From Candidatus Caldarchaeum sp. (GTDB taxonomy: Archaea; Thermoproteota; Nitrososphaeria_A; Caldarchaeales; Caldarchaeaceae): a stretch of DNA of 64,000 bases. The stretch lies in contig JAWBKB010000001.1 of the NCBI GenBank assembly GCA_038831915.1, forward strand, positions 32,001 to 96,000. The letters run 5' to 3'. Each line of letters begins with the position of its first letter. Position 1 is the stretch's first letter. The position numbers and the translations under genes were made by a program. Of the stretch, positions 49,036 to 58,185 are shown piece after piece. The notes beneath the pieces are model-generated. The model had not been told where the DNA came from, did not search any database, and was given only the letters and a program-made list of their open reading frames with translations.

Positions 49036-50282
49036 CGCGCCTCACCTGTTTGCATGGGGATGGAATTACCCCAGCGATACCAGATACGTAGAAGCTCATT
49101 AGCCTTAGCCATCCTTTCACCTCCGACTACGCCTGCCTTAATAAATTTGCCGCCCAGACCAACGGCGAGATGGGCGAGAAAGTCGTCACATGTTTCGCCT
49201 GACCTATGTGAAACCACGCGGATAATTCCATGTTTCTCAGCTTCCTTCGCCGCATTAACCGTGTCGGAAATCGTGCCCACCTGGTTCGGCTTAATTATGA
49301 CTGCTCTAACAGCTTTCATTTCCGCTGCTCTGCGTATGATTTCGGCCCGTGTCACGACGAGGTCGTCCCCGCACACGAGAATATTCGGAAAAGCTCTGCA
49401 AAGCTCCGCGAAAGAGTCGAAATCCGATTCGTGGAACGGGTCTTCCACGTATTTGAGGGCATACTTTTCGACGAGGCTTGAAATGAATTCCGCGTGTCTT
49501 TCCTTGGTCATTTTGATTTTCCTATTCCGGTATTGATATTGGTTTGACGACATGTCATATAGGCTTGACGCCGCGACATCGAGCCCAAGGCCCGACGAAG
49601 TTCCCTCCACCGCTTCTTTCACGGCTTCAAGAGCTTTTTCATCGTCGATGGGAGGAGCGTATGCGCCTTCGTCTCCCTTACCACCGCCGAACCTCCCAAC
49701 TTTTCTTGACAAAATATTGCCCAGCCGTCTGTGAACAGCGATGTTGTTTTTCAAGGCATCTTCGACTGTAGAGGGTTTGATTGGAAATACGAGGAATTCC
49801 TGTATGTCTGGAGCTCCTGCACCAGCATGTGAGCCTCCGCCTAAAACATTGCCTAAAGGTAGTGGATATGTGGGCTGGAGGCCTGATTGGTCGGCGATTC
49901 GACGCCACGCAGGGATTTGTTTAAGTTTTGCTGTGAGCAGCGTGGTGCAGGCGGATATGGCGTAGGCTAGGTTTCCGCCGATCTTGGAAAAGAGCGGTGT
50001 GCCGTCGACTTGTTTGAGCAGTTCATCTACCCCTGTTTGGTCTGTTGGGTCGAAGCCTATTAGCTTCGGCTTGATGTCGCGTCTAAAGATGGTTAATGAC
50101 TCTGTCACTCCGCCGTTTGGAAAAGGCATGACTTCCCTACTTCCCCTGCTTTTACCTGAAGGAGCTGAAACTCGGGCCTGTACGTTCCGTGAAGTCAGCT
50201 CAACTTCGACCGTTTCAGAGCCGCGGCTGTCGAAAATCATCCATGCATCCGCATCAGAAATTGTGAATGATTCTGAATTCAT
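49032..50282 (-). CDS. eno: Enolase
   Basis: FDSRG, PSGKS, GDEG, DVAAS, KPNQVGT, SHRSGET motifs. Confidence 0.95.
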   Translation of the reverse strand: MNSESFTISDADAWMIFDSRGSETVEVELTSRNVQARVSAPSGKSRGSREVMPFPNGGVTESLTIFRRDIKPKLIGFDPTDQTGVDELLKQVDGTPLFSKIGGNLAYAISACTTLLTAKLKQIPAWRRIADQSGLQPTYPLPLGNVLGGGSHAGAGAPDIQEFLVFPIKPSTVEDALKNNIAVHRRLGNILSRKVGRFGGGKGDEGAYAPPIDDEKALEAVKEAVEGTSSGLGLDVAASSLYDMSSNQYQYRNRKIKMTKERHAEFISSLVEKYALKYVEDPFHESDFDSFAELCRAFPNILVCGDDLVVTRAEIIRRAAEMKAVRAVIIKPNQVGTISDTVNAAKEAEKHGIIRVVSHRSGETCDDFLAHLAVGLGGKFIKAGVVGGERMAKANELLRIWYRWGNSIPMQTGEAR

Positions 50283-50503
50283 ATCTGGCTCCTTCCAGCC
50301 TCGCTGTACTTTGTGTAAAACTCTAAAACTTCATCCATCACATTTACCGCGGATATGAACATTCGTTTGCAGCAATAGCGTTTAAAACCGAGGCTTTCCA
50401 GAACATCTTTCGGGTTTTCCCCGGCGTTGACTCGGTTACGGTATTCATCCCATTTATGGGCTATGACTCGGCCACAGCTAAAACATCTTACAGGAAACAT
50501 CAT
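50279..50503 (-). CDS. rpoN: RNA polymerase subunit Rpo10 (N)
   Basis: MMFPVRCFSCG...RYCCKRM; true start 50503 with AGGTGA SD. Confidence 0.96.
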   Translation of the reverse strand: MMFPVRCFSCGRVIAHKWDEYRNRVNAGENPKDVLESLGFKRYCCKRMFISAVNVMDEVLEFYTKYSEAGRSQI

Positions 50504-50513
50504 GGACGCATAA

Positions 50514-50909
50514 TCACCTGTAGCTCTTTTGACGGAACCTTCTGGCGCTGCGGCGGTTAGGTTTCTTAGGCTCCGTTCTCCGCGGGTCGTCGACCAGCAA
50601 GTGACGATCATAGCTGAGCAGGGTCTGCTTGTTTTCAGGTGAAACGGACGCAGCGGCTTTAGACAACGCTATCGCGATGGCTTCCGCTGATGACATGATT
50701 CCTCCGCCTTTTACCGAAACTATGAAATCATGTTTGCTCCTGAACTCGGGAAGAAGCCTAAGCGGTGTCAGAACTTTGTTTTTGAAGAATTCGTTGAAAA
50801 GGTCGATGGGCGTTTTGTTGACGATCACGTTTCCTTTACCGGGCCTCATGAAAACTTTAGCAACCGATGTTTTCCTTTTTCCAACGAAAATGGTGTCGGT
50901 CTTTCTCAT
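50514..50909 (-). CDS. rps9: 30S ribosomal protein S9
   Basis: GKRKTSVA, GGG, RRTEPKK...QKSYR motifs. Confidence 0.96.
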   Translation of the reverse strand: MRKTDTIFVGKRKTSVAKVFMRPGKGNVIVNKTPIDLFNEFFKNKVLTPLRLLPEFRSKHDFIVSVKGGGIMSSAEAIAIALSKAAASVSPENKQTLLSYDRHLLVDDPRRTEPKKPNRRSARRFRQKSYR

Positions 50910-51361
50910 TCACGTCCACCTCGTAGAAGAGACGATAACTCCTTAAGTGTGATGTATCTGATGATTTTTCCCGACCTGCTGACCGGTGTTCTAAGTTTCG
51001 CATCCTCAAATTCGATGGCTTCGCCGACCACGTTGGCCTGTCCTGTGACAACTTTGAGCTTTTTGATAGCTTCTCGTCCACGAGCTTTTTTCCTCGGCAA
51101 CATTCTAATAATAGCAAGCCGGAGAAGCGCGTCTGGCTTCGTAGGATACCAAACAGTTATTTTTTTATGAGAGCTAAATTGTTTTCGCCGCCGAAGTTTC
51201 AAATAGTGTTCCAGTACGGCTGATTTTTTACCCGTGATGACCGCTTTTTCAGCGTTGTAAATGGTGACCCGATGTCCCTTCAACAGCAACTTAGCAACGT
51301 AGGACGCGAGCCGTCCCAGCCGATAGCCTTCCGCGTTCATGACGTAGCTTTTCTCAGCCAA
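50906..51361 (-). CDS. rpl13: 50S ribosomal protein L13
   Basis: LGRLAS.VAK, NAEKAVITG, RMLP motifs. Confidence 0.95.
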   Translation of the reverse strand: MAEKSYVMNAEGYRLGRLASYVAKLLLKGHRVTIYNAEKAVITGKKSAVLEHYLKLRRRKQFSSHKKITVWYPTKPDALLRLAIIRMLPRKKARGREAIKKLKVVTGQANVVGEAIEFEDAKLRTPVSRSGKIIRYITLKELSSLLRGGRE

Positions 51362-51689
51362 TAATTGTCACCTCTGACCCACGTGGAAATTCTTTCAGGA
51401 AATCTTGGACAAGAAGAGCTCGTCCACCAGCGGCCGTTATTTTCTTAATAGCTGATTCTGAAAAGCTGAACGCGCCGACCGTTATTTTCTTTGTGAAAAC
51501 GCCGCTGCCCAAAACCTTGCCGGGAACAAACACAACATCATTATCCTCAGCGTGACGTTGAATGCGTGAAAGGTTAACCACTCTTCTATTTCTTTTACTC
51601 CTTTTAATTTCCCGTAGCAACCTTTCTCTAAAAGCCGTCTTCGGAGCGTTTCGTCTGATGGCGATCTCGATTTCAGTTCGAGGCCTCAT
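51354..51689 (-). CDS. rpl18e: 50S ribosomal protein L18e
   Basis: VNLSRI, VPGKVLGSG, FSESA..KI..AGG motifs. Confidence 0.95.
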   Translation of the reverse strand: MRPRTEIEIAIRRNAPKTAFRERLLREIKRSKRNRRVVNLSRIQRHAEDNDVVFVPGKVLGSGVFTKKITVGAFSFSESAIKKITAAGGRALLVQDFLKEFPRGSEVTIIG

Positions 51690-52329
51690 ATTTCATCAAC
51701 TCTTTTAGGCTGGAGTCGATTTGTAACAGCCTTGTCTTAACTGTTTTGGCCGCTTCGAGAATCATGCGGCGAGGGGGCAGAAAACCGAAGCTTTCCACGT
51801 AGAGAAACCGCTTATTATCCTCCTCGTACAAGGTCGCTATTCCTGACTGCCATTTCGAATGCCTCTTCCCTCTACCAAGCCGAACATAGAGCTCGAGCTC
51901 GACTTTCTGGCCTGGGGCCAGAGCGACGACTGGTATGTCGCCGCTAAAAGGCACAACAATTGAACCGTGTTTTTCTGGTTTTATATCACGTGAATAAACC
52001 GTCACAGGTTCCGTTATAGCTTCAGCTCTTAACACAAACCTTACAACGCATTTTTCACAACCCAGCCTGCTTTTACAGGCACATTCTTCGGCCACGTTAT
52101 AGTTGTCTAAATCAGTTATAAACGGAATGAGCGAAATTCGATGAGAGAGAACTTCGTTGGTCATCACGGACGAATTTTCGATAATTAGAACTTCTTCGAC
52201 CGCCATGACGGGGACCTCCCTCATGATTACCCTCCGTAACGCATTTGCATATGGCTGAGGCAGGTCTGTCACGTCCAAAGTAATCGAGTCGGCGTCTTCC
52301 TTGACGATTTTCAACCCGTTTCGCTGCAT
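51673..52329 (-). CDS. rpoD: RNA polymerase subunit Rpo3 (D)
   Basis: ANALRR...EVP.MA, ENSS...E.LSHRISLIP, HSKWQ motifs. Confidence 0.95.
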   Translation of the reverse strand: MQRNGLKIVKEDADSITLDVTDLPQPYANALRRVIMREVPVMAVEEVLIIENSSVMTNEVLSHRISLIPFITDLDNYNVAEECACKSRLGCEKCVVRFVLRAEAITEPVTVYSRDIKPEKHGSIVVPFSGDIPVVALAPGQKVELELYVRLGRGKRHSKWQSGIATLYEEDNKRFLYVESFGFLPPRRMILEAAKTVKTRLLQIDSSLKELMKYEASN

Positions 52330-52401
52330 TCACACGTAATACGTTATTTAAATGTGTAGCCGAAAAAGATTTTAATCCAACCGTAAGCTGCTACCGACAT
52401 C

Positions 52402-52755
52402 ATGGAAACGATTCACCAGACGTTTGACCTAAAGGTCACAGAAAGAGCGGCTAAGAAAATTGCGCAACTCATCAAGGAAGAAGGCGGAAGCGAAAAGATG
52501 GCTCTCCGGATATACATTACGGGTGGAGGATGTTCAGGCTATCGGTACGGCATGGCCTTGGATGAAAACGTTTACGACGACGATGTCGTGGTTGAAACGG
52601 GCGGAGTAAGAATAGTTATAGACTCGTTTAGCGCGCCCTTCATCGAAGGTTCTGAAATCGACTACATCGAAGACGTGATGGGGTCTGGTTTCGCCATCAA
52701 CAACCCCAACGTAACATCCACATGCGGCTGCGGCCATTCCTTCAACCTGAAATGA
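52402..52755 (+). CDS. erpA: A-type Fe-S carrier (ErpA/IscA/HesB)
   Basis: GGGCSG and NPN...TCGCGHSF motifs. Confidence 0.93.
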   Translation: METIHQTFDLKVTERAAKKIAQLIKEEGGSEKMALRIYITGGGCSGYRYGMALDENVYDDDVVVETGGVRIVIDSFSAPFIEGSEIDYIEDVMGSGFAINNPNVTSTCGCGHSFNLK

Positions 52756-53210
52756 AGCCTGAAAAAGGAGACAAAGCCCCAGATTTCGAGCTCATAGACT
52801 CGGAAGGAAGAAAAGTAACATTATCGGACCTGCTGAAAGGATACAAGGCTTTAGTTCTGTATTTCTATCCAAAGGATGACACGCCGGGATGCACGACGGA
52901 GGCCTGCGGGTTCAGGGATTCGATGCAGCAGCTCAAACCACTAAACGTAAACGTGGTCGGAGTCAGCGTCGACACGCCTGAATCACATCGAAAATTCATC
53001 AAAAAATACGGCCTCAACTTCAACTTGCTGTCCGACGTAGACGGTAAAGTCGCTTCGCTATACAATTCCTACAGCGAAGAAAAAGGACGCGCCCTACGGA
53101 AAACCTTCATCATAGATTCCTCGGGCACAATCATTGAAGCTTTTCACAAAGTTTCGGCCGACGGCCACGCAAAAGAAGTTCTCGAAACTATCAAGAAGCT
53201 GGGGCTGTGA
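52752..53210 (+). CDS. bcp: Peroxiredoxin Q/BCP
   Basis: YFYPKDDTPGCTTEAC motif; ATGA overlap at 52752. Confidence 0.93.
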   Translation: MKPEKGDKAPDFELIDSEGRKVTLSDLLKGYKALVLYFYPKDDTPGCTTEACGFRDSMQQLKPLNVNVVGVSVDTPESHRKFIKKYGLNFNLLSDVDGKVASLYNSYSEEKGRALRKTFIIDSSGTIIEAFHKVSADGHAKEVLETIKKLGL

Positions 53211-53859
53211 ATTTTTCAGCATAATATCTGCATTTATGCGATATTGGGCAGATTTGGCATCGAGGTTTCTGCTTGCGGCAGATATCGCGGCCAAACCTGA
53301 CAAATAACATGTTTACGTAGGGAGCGTCGGCGACTGAAACCATTTCAGTCAAAGCTTTTTTCACTTCTTCGTACCCGGCTTTTTCGGATGCGATTCCCAG
53401 CCTTTTCGCAACCGTGTCAACATGAGTGTCGACGGCGATTTCAGGCCTTCCGAACGCAAACGACAAAACGATGTCAGCGGACTTCGGCCCCACGCCGGGA
53501 AGCTTCATCAACTCTTCACGGTCATCTGGAACATGGCCGCCTTTTTCTCCGTAGATAATTTGGGCGATTTTTTTTATTCGTTTGGCTTTCTGCCTGTAAA
53601 ACCCTACTGGCTTGATAAGGTGGGCGATTTCTCGGACATCTGCGTTGGCAAGCTCGTGACCATCTTTGAACTTGGAAAAAAGCCGGTGGTAGGCTTCGTC
53701 GGTTTTCTCATCCTTGGTTCGATGAGAAAGAACAGCTCCTATCAAGACTCTGAAAGGCATCTGGTCAGAAACGTGAAGAGTACCGTTCCCATGTTGATAA
53801 CGTTCTTTCAAAATTTTCAGGATTTCAGCGAAATCTTCGGGCTTCAACCCGTGGACCAT
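53191..53859 (-). CDS. nth: Endonuclease III
   Basis: LPGVGPKSA HhH, VDTHV, Cx6Cx2Cx5C Fe-S motif. Start uncertain. Confidence 0.92.
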   Translation of the reverse strand: MVHGLKPEDFAEILKILKERYQHGNGTLHVSDQMPFRVLIGAVLSHRTKDEKTDEAYHRLFSKFKDGHELANADVREIAHLIKPVGFYRQKAKRIKKIAQIIYGEKGGHVPDDREELMKLPGVGPKSADIVLSFAFGRPEIAVDTHVDTVAKRLGIASEKAGYEEVKKALTEMVSVADAPYVNMLFVRFGRDICRKQKPRCQICPISHKCRYYAEKFTAPAS

Positions 53860-53944
53860 GAAAACGCCGCCTTGATAAAGACGTTCTGCAATTACGTGTT
53901 GAGATGATAGATTTTTTATATTCCCGTCATCCAAATTCTATACC

Positions 53945-54550
53945 ATGAAGAAATACACTCTTCCACCGCTCCCTTATGCGTACAACGCTTTGGAGCCCGT
54001 GATTTCCGCCGAAATCATGACGCTTCACCACACCAAACATCATCAAGCATACGTGAACGGCGCCAACGCTGCTTTGGAACGGCTTGAAAAACAGCGGAAA
54101 GGCGAAAACCCCGAAAACGTCCGAGGCATTCTCCGCGACCTCAGCTTCAACCTTAGCGGCCACAAGCTTCACGCAGTGTTTTGGCCTAACATGGCTCCGC
54201 CGGGCAAAGGCGGCGGCAAACCCGGAGGAAGCATAGCTGACCAGATCAACAAAGATTTCGGCGATTTCGAATCCTTCAAAAAACAGTTCAGCGACGCGGC
54301 GAAAAATGTCGAAGCAGTCGGCTGGGCCATTCTTACCTACGACGCAGAATCCGAATCCCTCATCATCTACCAAGTCGAGAAGCAGAACTTCATGCACCCG
54401 CCCGACCTACCGCTCATCCTAACGCTTGACGTATGGGAACACGCCTACTACCTACAGTACAAAAACGATCGAGCCTCATACGTCGATAACTGGTGGAACG
54501 TGGTCAACTGGGACGACGTCGAAAAACGATTTTCCAAAGTAAAGGTTTAG
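53945..54550 (+). CDS. sod: Fe/Mn superoxide dismutase
   Basis: LHHTKHHQAYV and DVWEHAYY motifs. Confidence 0.97.
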   Translation: MKKYTLPPLPYAYNALEPVISAEIMTLHHTKHHQAYVNGANAALERLEKQRKGENPENVRGILRDLSFNLSGHKLHAVFWPNMAPPGKGGGKPGGSIADQINKDFGDFESFKKQFSDAAKNVEAVGWAILTYDAESESLIIYQVEKQNFMHPPDLPLILTLDVWEHAYYLQYKNDRASYVDNWWNVVNWDDVEKRFSKVKV

Positions 54551-55617
54551 CTTTTCTCCTCCTCTTTTTCTTGTTTGCTAGTTTTACGCATAGCCATTTT
54601 CCGGTAGTATTGCATGGGGTTTTTGACACCGCCGCAGAGCTTCCCATCCTCTATGCATAGACCGTGTGTCTGCATCGTCACACATTTAGGAACGGAATAT
54701 TTTGTCCGGCTTCCCTTTAGCCCAGCGATATGTTCAACTTGGTAGCGGGCGATTTTCGGGTCGAAATCACCCCTCTGCATGTAAACGCTCATCACCTCCT
54801 CAACCGTCATGCCGATTCGAAGCATGAAGGCCGCGATGGCAAAATTTCCAAAATGGCTGACCGATTCGCCGCTAAGCAATCTGTTCCGTAAAGCCTGCAT
54901 ACAGGGCGGCCATCTTTCAGGCTCAAGCCTAACATTAGCTGTCGACTCTCTCTGTCGAGATGCTTCGAGCTTTTTCCTCAACTGCTCAACGTATTCCGCG
55001 AGAAAAGGCGGTGGAGCAATGCGGCCCATTTTTTCCAAACGTTGATGTATGAGTTTTTCCATCCCGTTTTTGACGAGTGTAAGAGCTTCGGCTCTCGTCA
55101 CCGCGACATAGCCTTTATCGAGAAGCCTGTTGACGAGACGAAACCGCGGCTCGTTCAAATCAACAGCGACCTTCAGATAATCTGCGAAATGAATCCAGAA
55201 CTCGTAGGGAGGATTGTCTTCCCGGATGCGGAAACCGAGAACCTCTCGAGCAACGTATGCGATGACTTTTTTCTGTTCTTCACGAATGTTTTTCAGCATG
55301 GACACGTATCGTTCAGCTTCGTAAGCTGCGAACCGCCTCTTCGCAAACGGGCTTTCCAGCATCGCAATCAACGCCATGGCCAAGGGATGGCTGAAAATCT
55401 CAACCTCACTGGTGCGAAACCGGGTGACAGGCTTCGAAGGCCATTTTAGCAAAGCTTCTTCAACCTTTTCCACTGCAGCGGCAATGTATTCGTTGTTTCC
55501 TTCAAAATCTTCGAGACGAAGCCCCCGCTGAGCGACGTAGTCTCTTATTTCGCGGAGGAATGGAAAATCCGCCAGCAATGCTTTCACTATGTAGTCATCG
55601 TCAGCCAATCCTACCAT
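54547..55617 (-). CDS. priL: DNA primase large subunit
   Basis: WPPCM, YQVEHIAG, PKC..M...GLC, NPMQYY motifs. Confidence 0.93.
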   Translation of the reverse strand: MVGLADDDYIVKALLADFPFLREIRDYVAQRGLRLEDFEGNNEYIAAAVEKVEEALLKWPSKPVTRFRTSEVEIFSHPLAMALIAMLESPFAKRRFAAYEAERYVSMLKNIREEQKKVIAYVAREVLGFRIREDNPPYEFWIHFADYLKVAVDLNEPRFRLVNRLLDKGYVAVTRAEALTLVKNGMEKLIHQRLEKMGRIAPPPFLAEYVEQLRKKLEASRQRESTANVRLEPERWPPCMQALRNRLLSGESVSHFGNFAIAAFMLRIGMTVEEVMSVYMQRGDFDPKIARYQVEHIAGLKGSRTKYSVPKCVTMQTHGLCIEDGKLCGGVKNPMQYYRKMAMRKTSKQEKEEEKS

Positions 55618-56113
55618 ATATCCCTCCGCGTCTAATAAAACCGCTTCCGCGAATTCCGAATCTTTTTAGATTGATTTTCTGGCGAGCCGCAATCCACAAG
55701 GCTTCGTTCACAAGCTCTTCCCGGTCGAGCTTGTGGACCAAACGTGCTTCAGACGAGGATTTTTCCAGGTATTCAACGTAAAGGTTATAGTATTGTTCAG
55801 CTTGTCTCGGCGGCAGTTCTGAAAATAGCTCGTGGAAAATCGCTTTTTCTACTGTTTCGAGAATTTTTCTTGGAATTTTCTTTTTCATTCTTGGGGTGAG
55901 GTCTCCGAGAAAGCTTTCAGGAATGTCGTGGACAAGTGCCATTTTTACGGCTTTTTCCGCGTCGAGGCCGAGCTTATCGGCTGAGATGAAAGCCATGACT
56001 GCGAGGGCGTAGGAATGGTCTGCAACTGACTCGGGGCTCTTGACGCCTACTTCAACCCATCCAGTTCTTCGAAGTCTCTTTAACAGAAGAAGGGCGTTGG
56101 TTATTCTGTTCAA
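55601..56113 (-). CDS. HD-domain hydrolase (HDDC2/YfbR-like)
   Basis: RTGW...ESVADHS, HDIPES..GD motifs. Confidence 0.9.
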   Translation of the reverse strand: MNRITNALLLLKRLRRTGWVEVGVKSPESVADHSYALAVMAFISADKLGLDAEKAVKMALVHDIPESFLGDLTPRMKKKIPRKILETVEKAIFHELFSELPPRQAEQYYNLYVEYLEKSSSEARLVHKLDREELVNEALWIAARQKINLKRFGIRGSGFIRRGGIYGRIG

Positions 56114-57321
56114 CGCAGCCGTTTCACCAACTTCTCTATGCCTGACCCGTATTGAAGAGCTTTCTTCCCGACATCGACGTATTCAAGCAAACCCAGCTCT
56201 CTGCAGACAAGCCTGAGAAAATGTTTGCGGACAATTCTGCCGTCTATTATCGTCAATTTCGATGTTACCGGTAAGTTCAAACCCAGGCTCAACACGGTTT
56301 TGGTCAAGTATAGTGGTAGGGGATATGCACCGCCCAACCTGACAGCTGTGAAATCGCGAACAAGCCCTTCTAACCCGAGCATCGAAAAATCATGCATCAA
56401 AGAGCGATGCAACCCATCGTATCCCTCCCTCTGCAAAACATTCTCGTATTTCTTATAGCCGCCGAAAACCTCGTCAGCACCTTGGCCTATAACCGCACAG
56501 TAATACCCTTGCTCTGAAGCCATAGTTGAGAGAATATGCATAGCGGCCCCGATGGCTGCGTCCATCGGCTTCAGAGGCCCCAAAACTTTTTCAAGCTCCG
56601 CAACACTCCGTTGTACATCGTTGCTGTCAACCACGATTTTCACCGCGTCTAACCCAATGGTTTTCGCGGCTTTTTCCACGCTTCTCAAATCCGTGCTTTG
56701 AGCCGTTCCGACGGTGAGTAGCAGAGGTGAAAGACCAGCGTCTACTATTATCTTCGCCAAAATGAGGCTATCAATTCCGCCTGAAAAGAAAACAGCCGTT
56801 TTAGGTGGACAAAATTTCCTCACGGCACCCCTCAATGCATCGATGAAATTGTTAACATCTGTTCTGACATGTGGCTGATGATGGTAATTTTTCTTTTCGC
56901 CTGTTTTCACGTCATAGATTGTGCCGGGTTCGAGAGGGACGAGCCCATGGATGATGGCTTCTCTTTTGACGTTGGTTATGGTGAAAGGATGGCCGCCGGC
57001 GAAAACGGGAATCAAGCCGACAAAATCCCTGAACAAAACAACATCATTGAAAAGCACGCCGGAGCAAAAATCCTCCGACTCCGCGAGAAAATGCGTCAAC
57101 TCATTTACTTTTGAGAAAAATGGTTCGAACGGGCTTTTGACAGAGTGCACGGCTTGAAGAAAGGCTTTTTCGGCTTCGACCCGTTCCAGATAACCGTCGA
57201 ATTTGACAGGCGCTCCTTCGACATAGGCTACCGCGTTATATATGCCGAGTTCGATTTTGGTCGGTGAAGCGAATGTCTGCGGCTTTACGTCAGTTCCAAA
57301 CGTAAGAAAATATTTCAGCAT
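56110..57321 (-). CDS. Asparagine synthase-like N-type ATP pyrophosphatase with degenerate glutaminase domain
   Basis: FSGGIDS, GQGADEVFGGY, KKALQYGSG motifs; no N-terminal Cys. Confidence 0.8.
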   Translation of the reverse strand: MLKYFLTFGTDVKPQTFASPTKIELGIYNAVAYVEGAPVKFDGYLERVEAEKAFLQAVHSVKSPFEPFFSKVNELTHFLAESEDFCSGVLFNDVVLFRDFVGLIPVFAGGHPFTITNVKREAIIHGLVPLEPGTIYDVKTGEKKNYHHQPHVRTDVNNFIDALRGAVRKFCPPKTAVFFSGGIDSLILAKIIVDAGLSPLLLTVGTAQSTDLRSVEKAAKTIGLDAVKIVVDSNDVQRSVAELEKVLGPLKPMDAAIGAAMHILSTMASEQGYYCAVIGQGADEVFGGYKKYENVLQREGYDGLHRSLMHDFSMLGLEGLVRDFTAVRLGGAYPLPLYLTKTVLSLGLNLPVTSKLTIIDGRIVRKHFLRLVCRELGLLEYVDVGKKALQYGSGIEKLVKRLR

Positions 57322-57451
57322 CCGGCAAATAAGTTGACGCGCTGGTCAAAAGATATTTCGTGACGCCGCATCATGGTGAAATGCTCGCAGTACGGGTTTC
57401 TGTAATCATTTGACCAACAAGGTTATAAACCCTTATCTGACGAATTCGGTT

Positions 57452-57607
57452 GTGAACGAATCCTGCGAGCACAGCCTCGAATACCTGGGGGATCAGAAAG
57501 GCGAAAAAGGAGTTAACAAATATTATCGATGCGTCAAATGTGGAGACGTTTTCGTCTACACCGACGAAGAGATGATAATTTACCGGATTCCCGGGATTAA
57601 GAAATAA
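57452..57607 (+). CDS. Small putative zinc-ribbon protein (51 aa)
   Basis: CEH...CVKC; GTG start about 23 nt after TTATAAA (57423-57429). Confidence 0.7.
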   Translation: MNESCEHSLEYLGDQKGEKGVNKYYRCVKCGDVFVYTDEEMIIYRIPGIKK

Positions 57608-57610
57608 AAG

Positions 57611-58084
57611 TCAGACTCCGAGATGAAGTTCGTCGGCTGTCAACCCGACGGCGTGAAACAGCTCTTCCCCAACTTTCGTCACAGGTGCTTTCTCCTTTTC
57701 CTTAAGCTTGTTGTAGACGGTGTAGAAAGCCCTTCGGACCTTCTCGACTCTGTTGAAAAGGTCTTCTGCATCCCGGTATTCCGCGGTCTTTCTTTTCAAG
57801 GTTTTTCCCGAAGCCGTTTGGACACTAAGTGTGTAGACAACTTTTCCCGGTGAGCTGAGGAAATCCTGCACAAAATCCGAGGAAACAGATGCCTCGGCCT
57901 CAACTAGGACAGAGTGAATTGTCCTGACTCCGCGAACCATTTTGACCACGTCGATGGCGAACCCGCATCTACCGAAGCGGCTGTATATCATTCTTTCACG
58001 AGGATAATGACGGTGGGTTGCTAAGCCGACAACGTCATCAGACATAATCAATTCAACAATTTCTTTCGTAATTTCGTCTTCCAA
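57611..58084 (-). CDS. Hypothetical protein
   Basis: 157-aa ORF filling the gap, protein-like composition; no family recognised. Confidence 0.7.
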   Translation of the reverse strand: MEDEITKEIVELIMSDDVVGLATHRHYPRERMIYSRFGRCGFAIDVVKMVRGVRTIHSVLVEAEASVSSDFVQDFLSSPGKVVYTLSVQTASGKTLKRKTAEYRDAEDLFNRVEKVRRAFYTVYNKLKEKEKAPVTKVGEELFHAVGLTADELHLGV

Positions 58085-58185
58085 GGCATCAAATGGTTGA
58101 ACGGGCTGACAAATAAGCCTTGACCAGTCGACAGCGTATTAAGGTTTTTATGATGCATCCCTTGTAGAGAAGCAGGTTATCAAAA

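Noticed and set aside
50504-50611. N-terminal extension of RpoN in the ORF track
   Set aside because: Overlaps rps9; the conserved MMFPVRC start with an SD lies at 50503.
53927-54397. 156-aa ORF antisense to sod
   Set aside because: Typical shadow frame of a strongly codon-biased gene.
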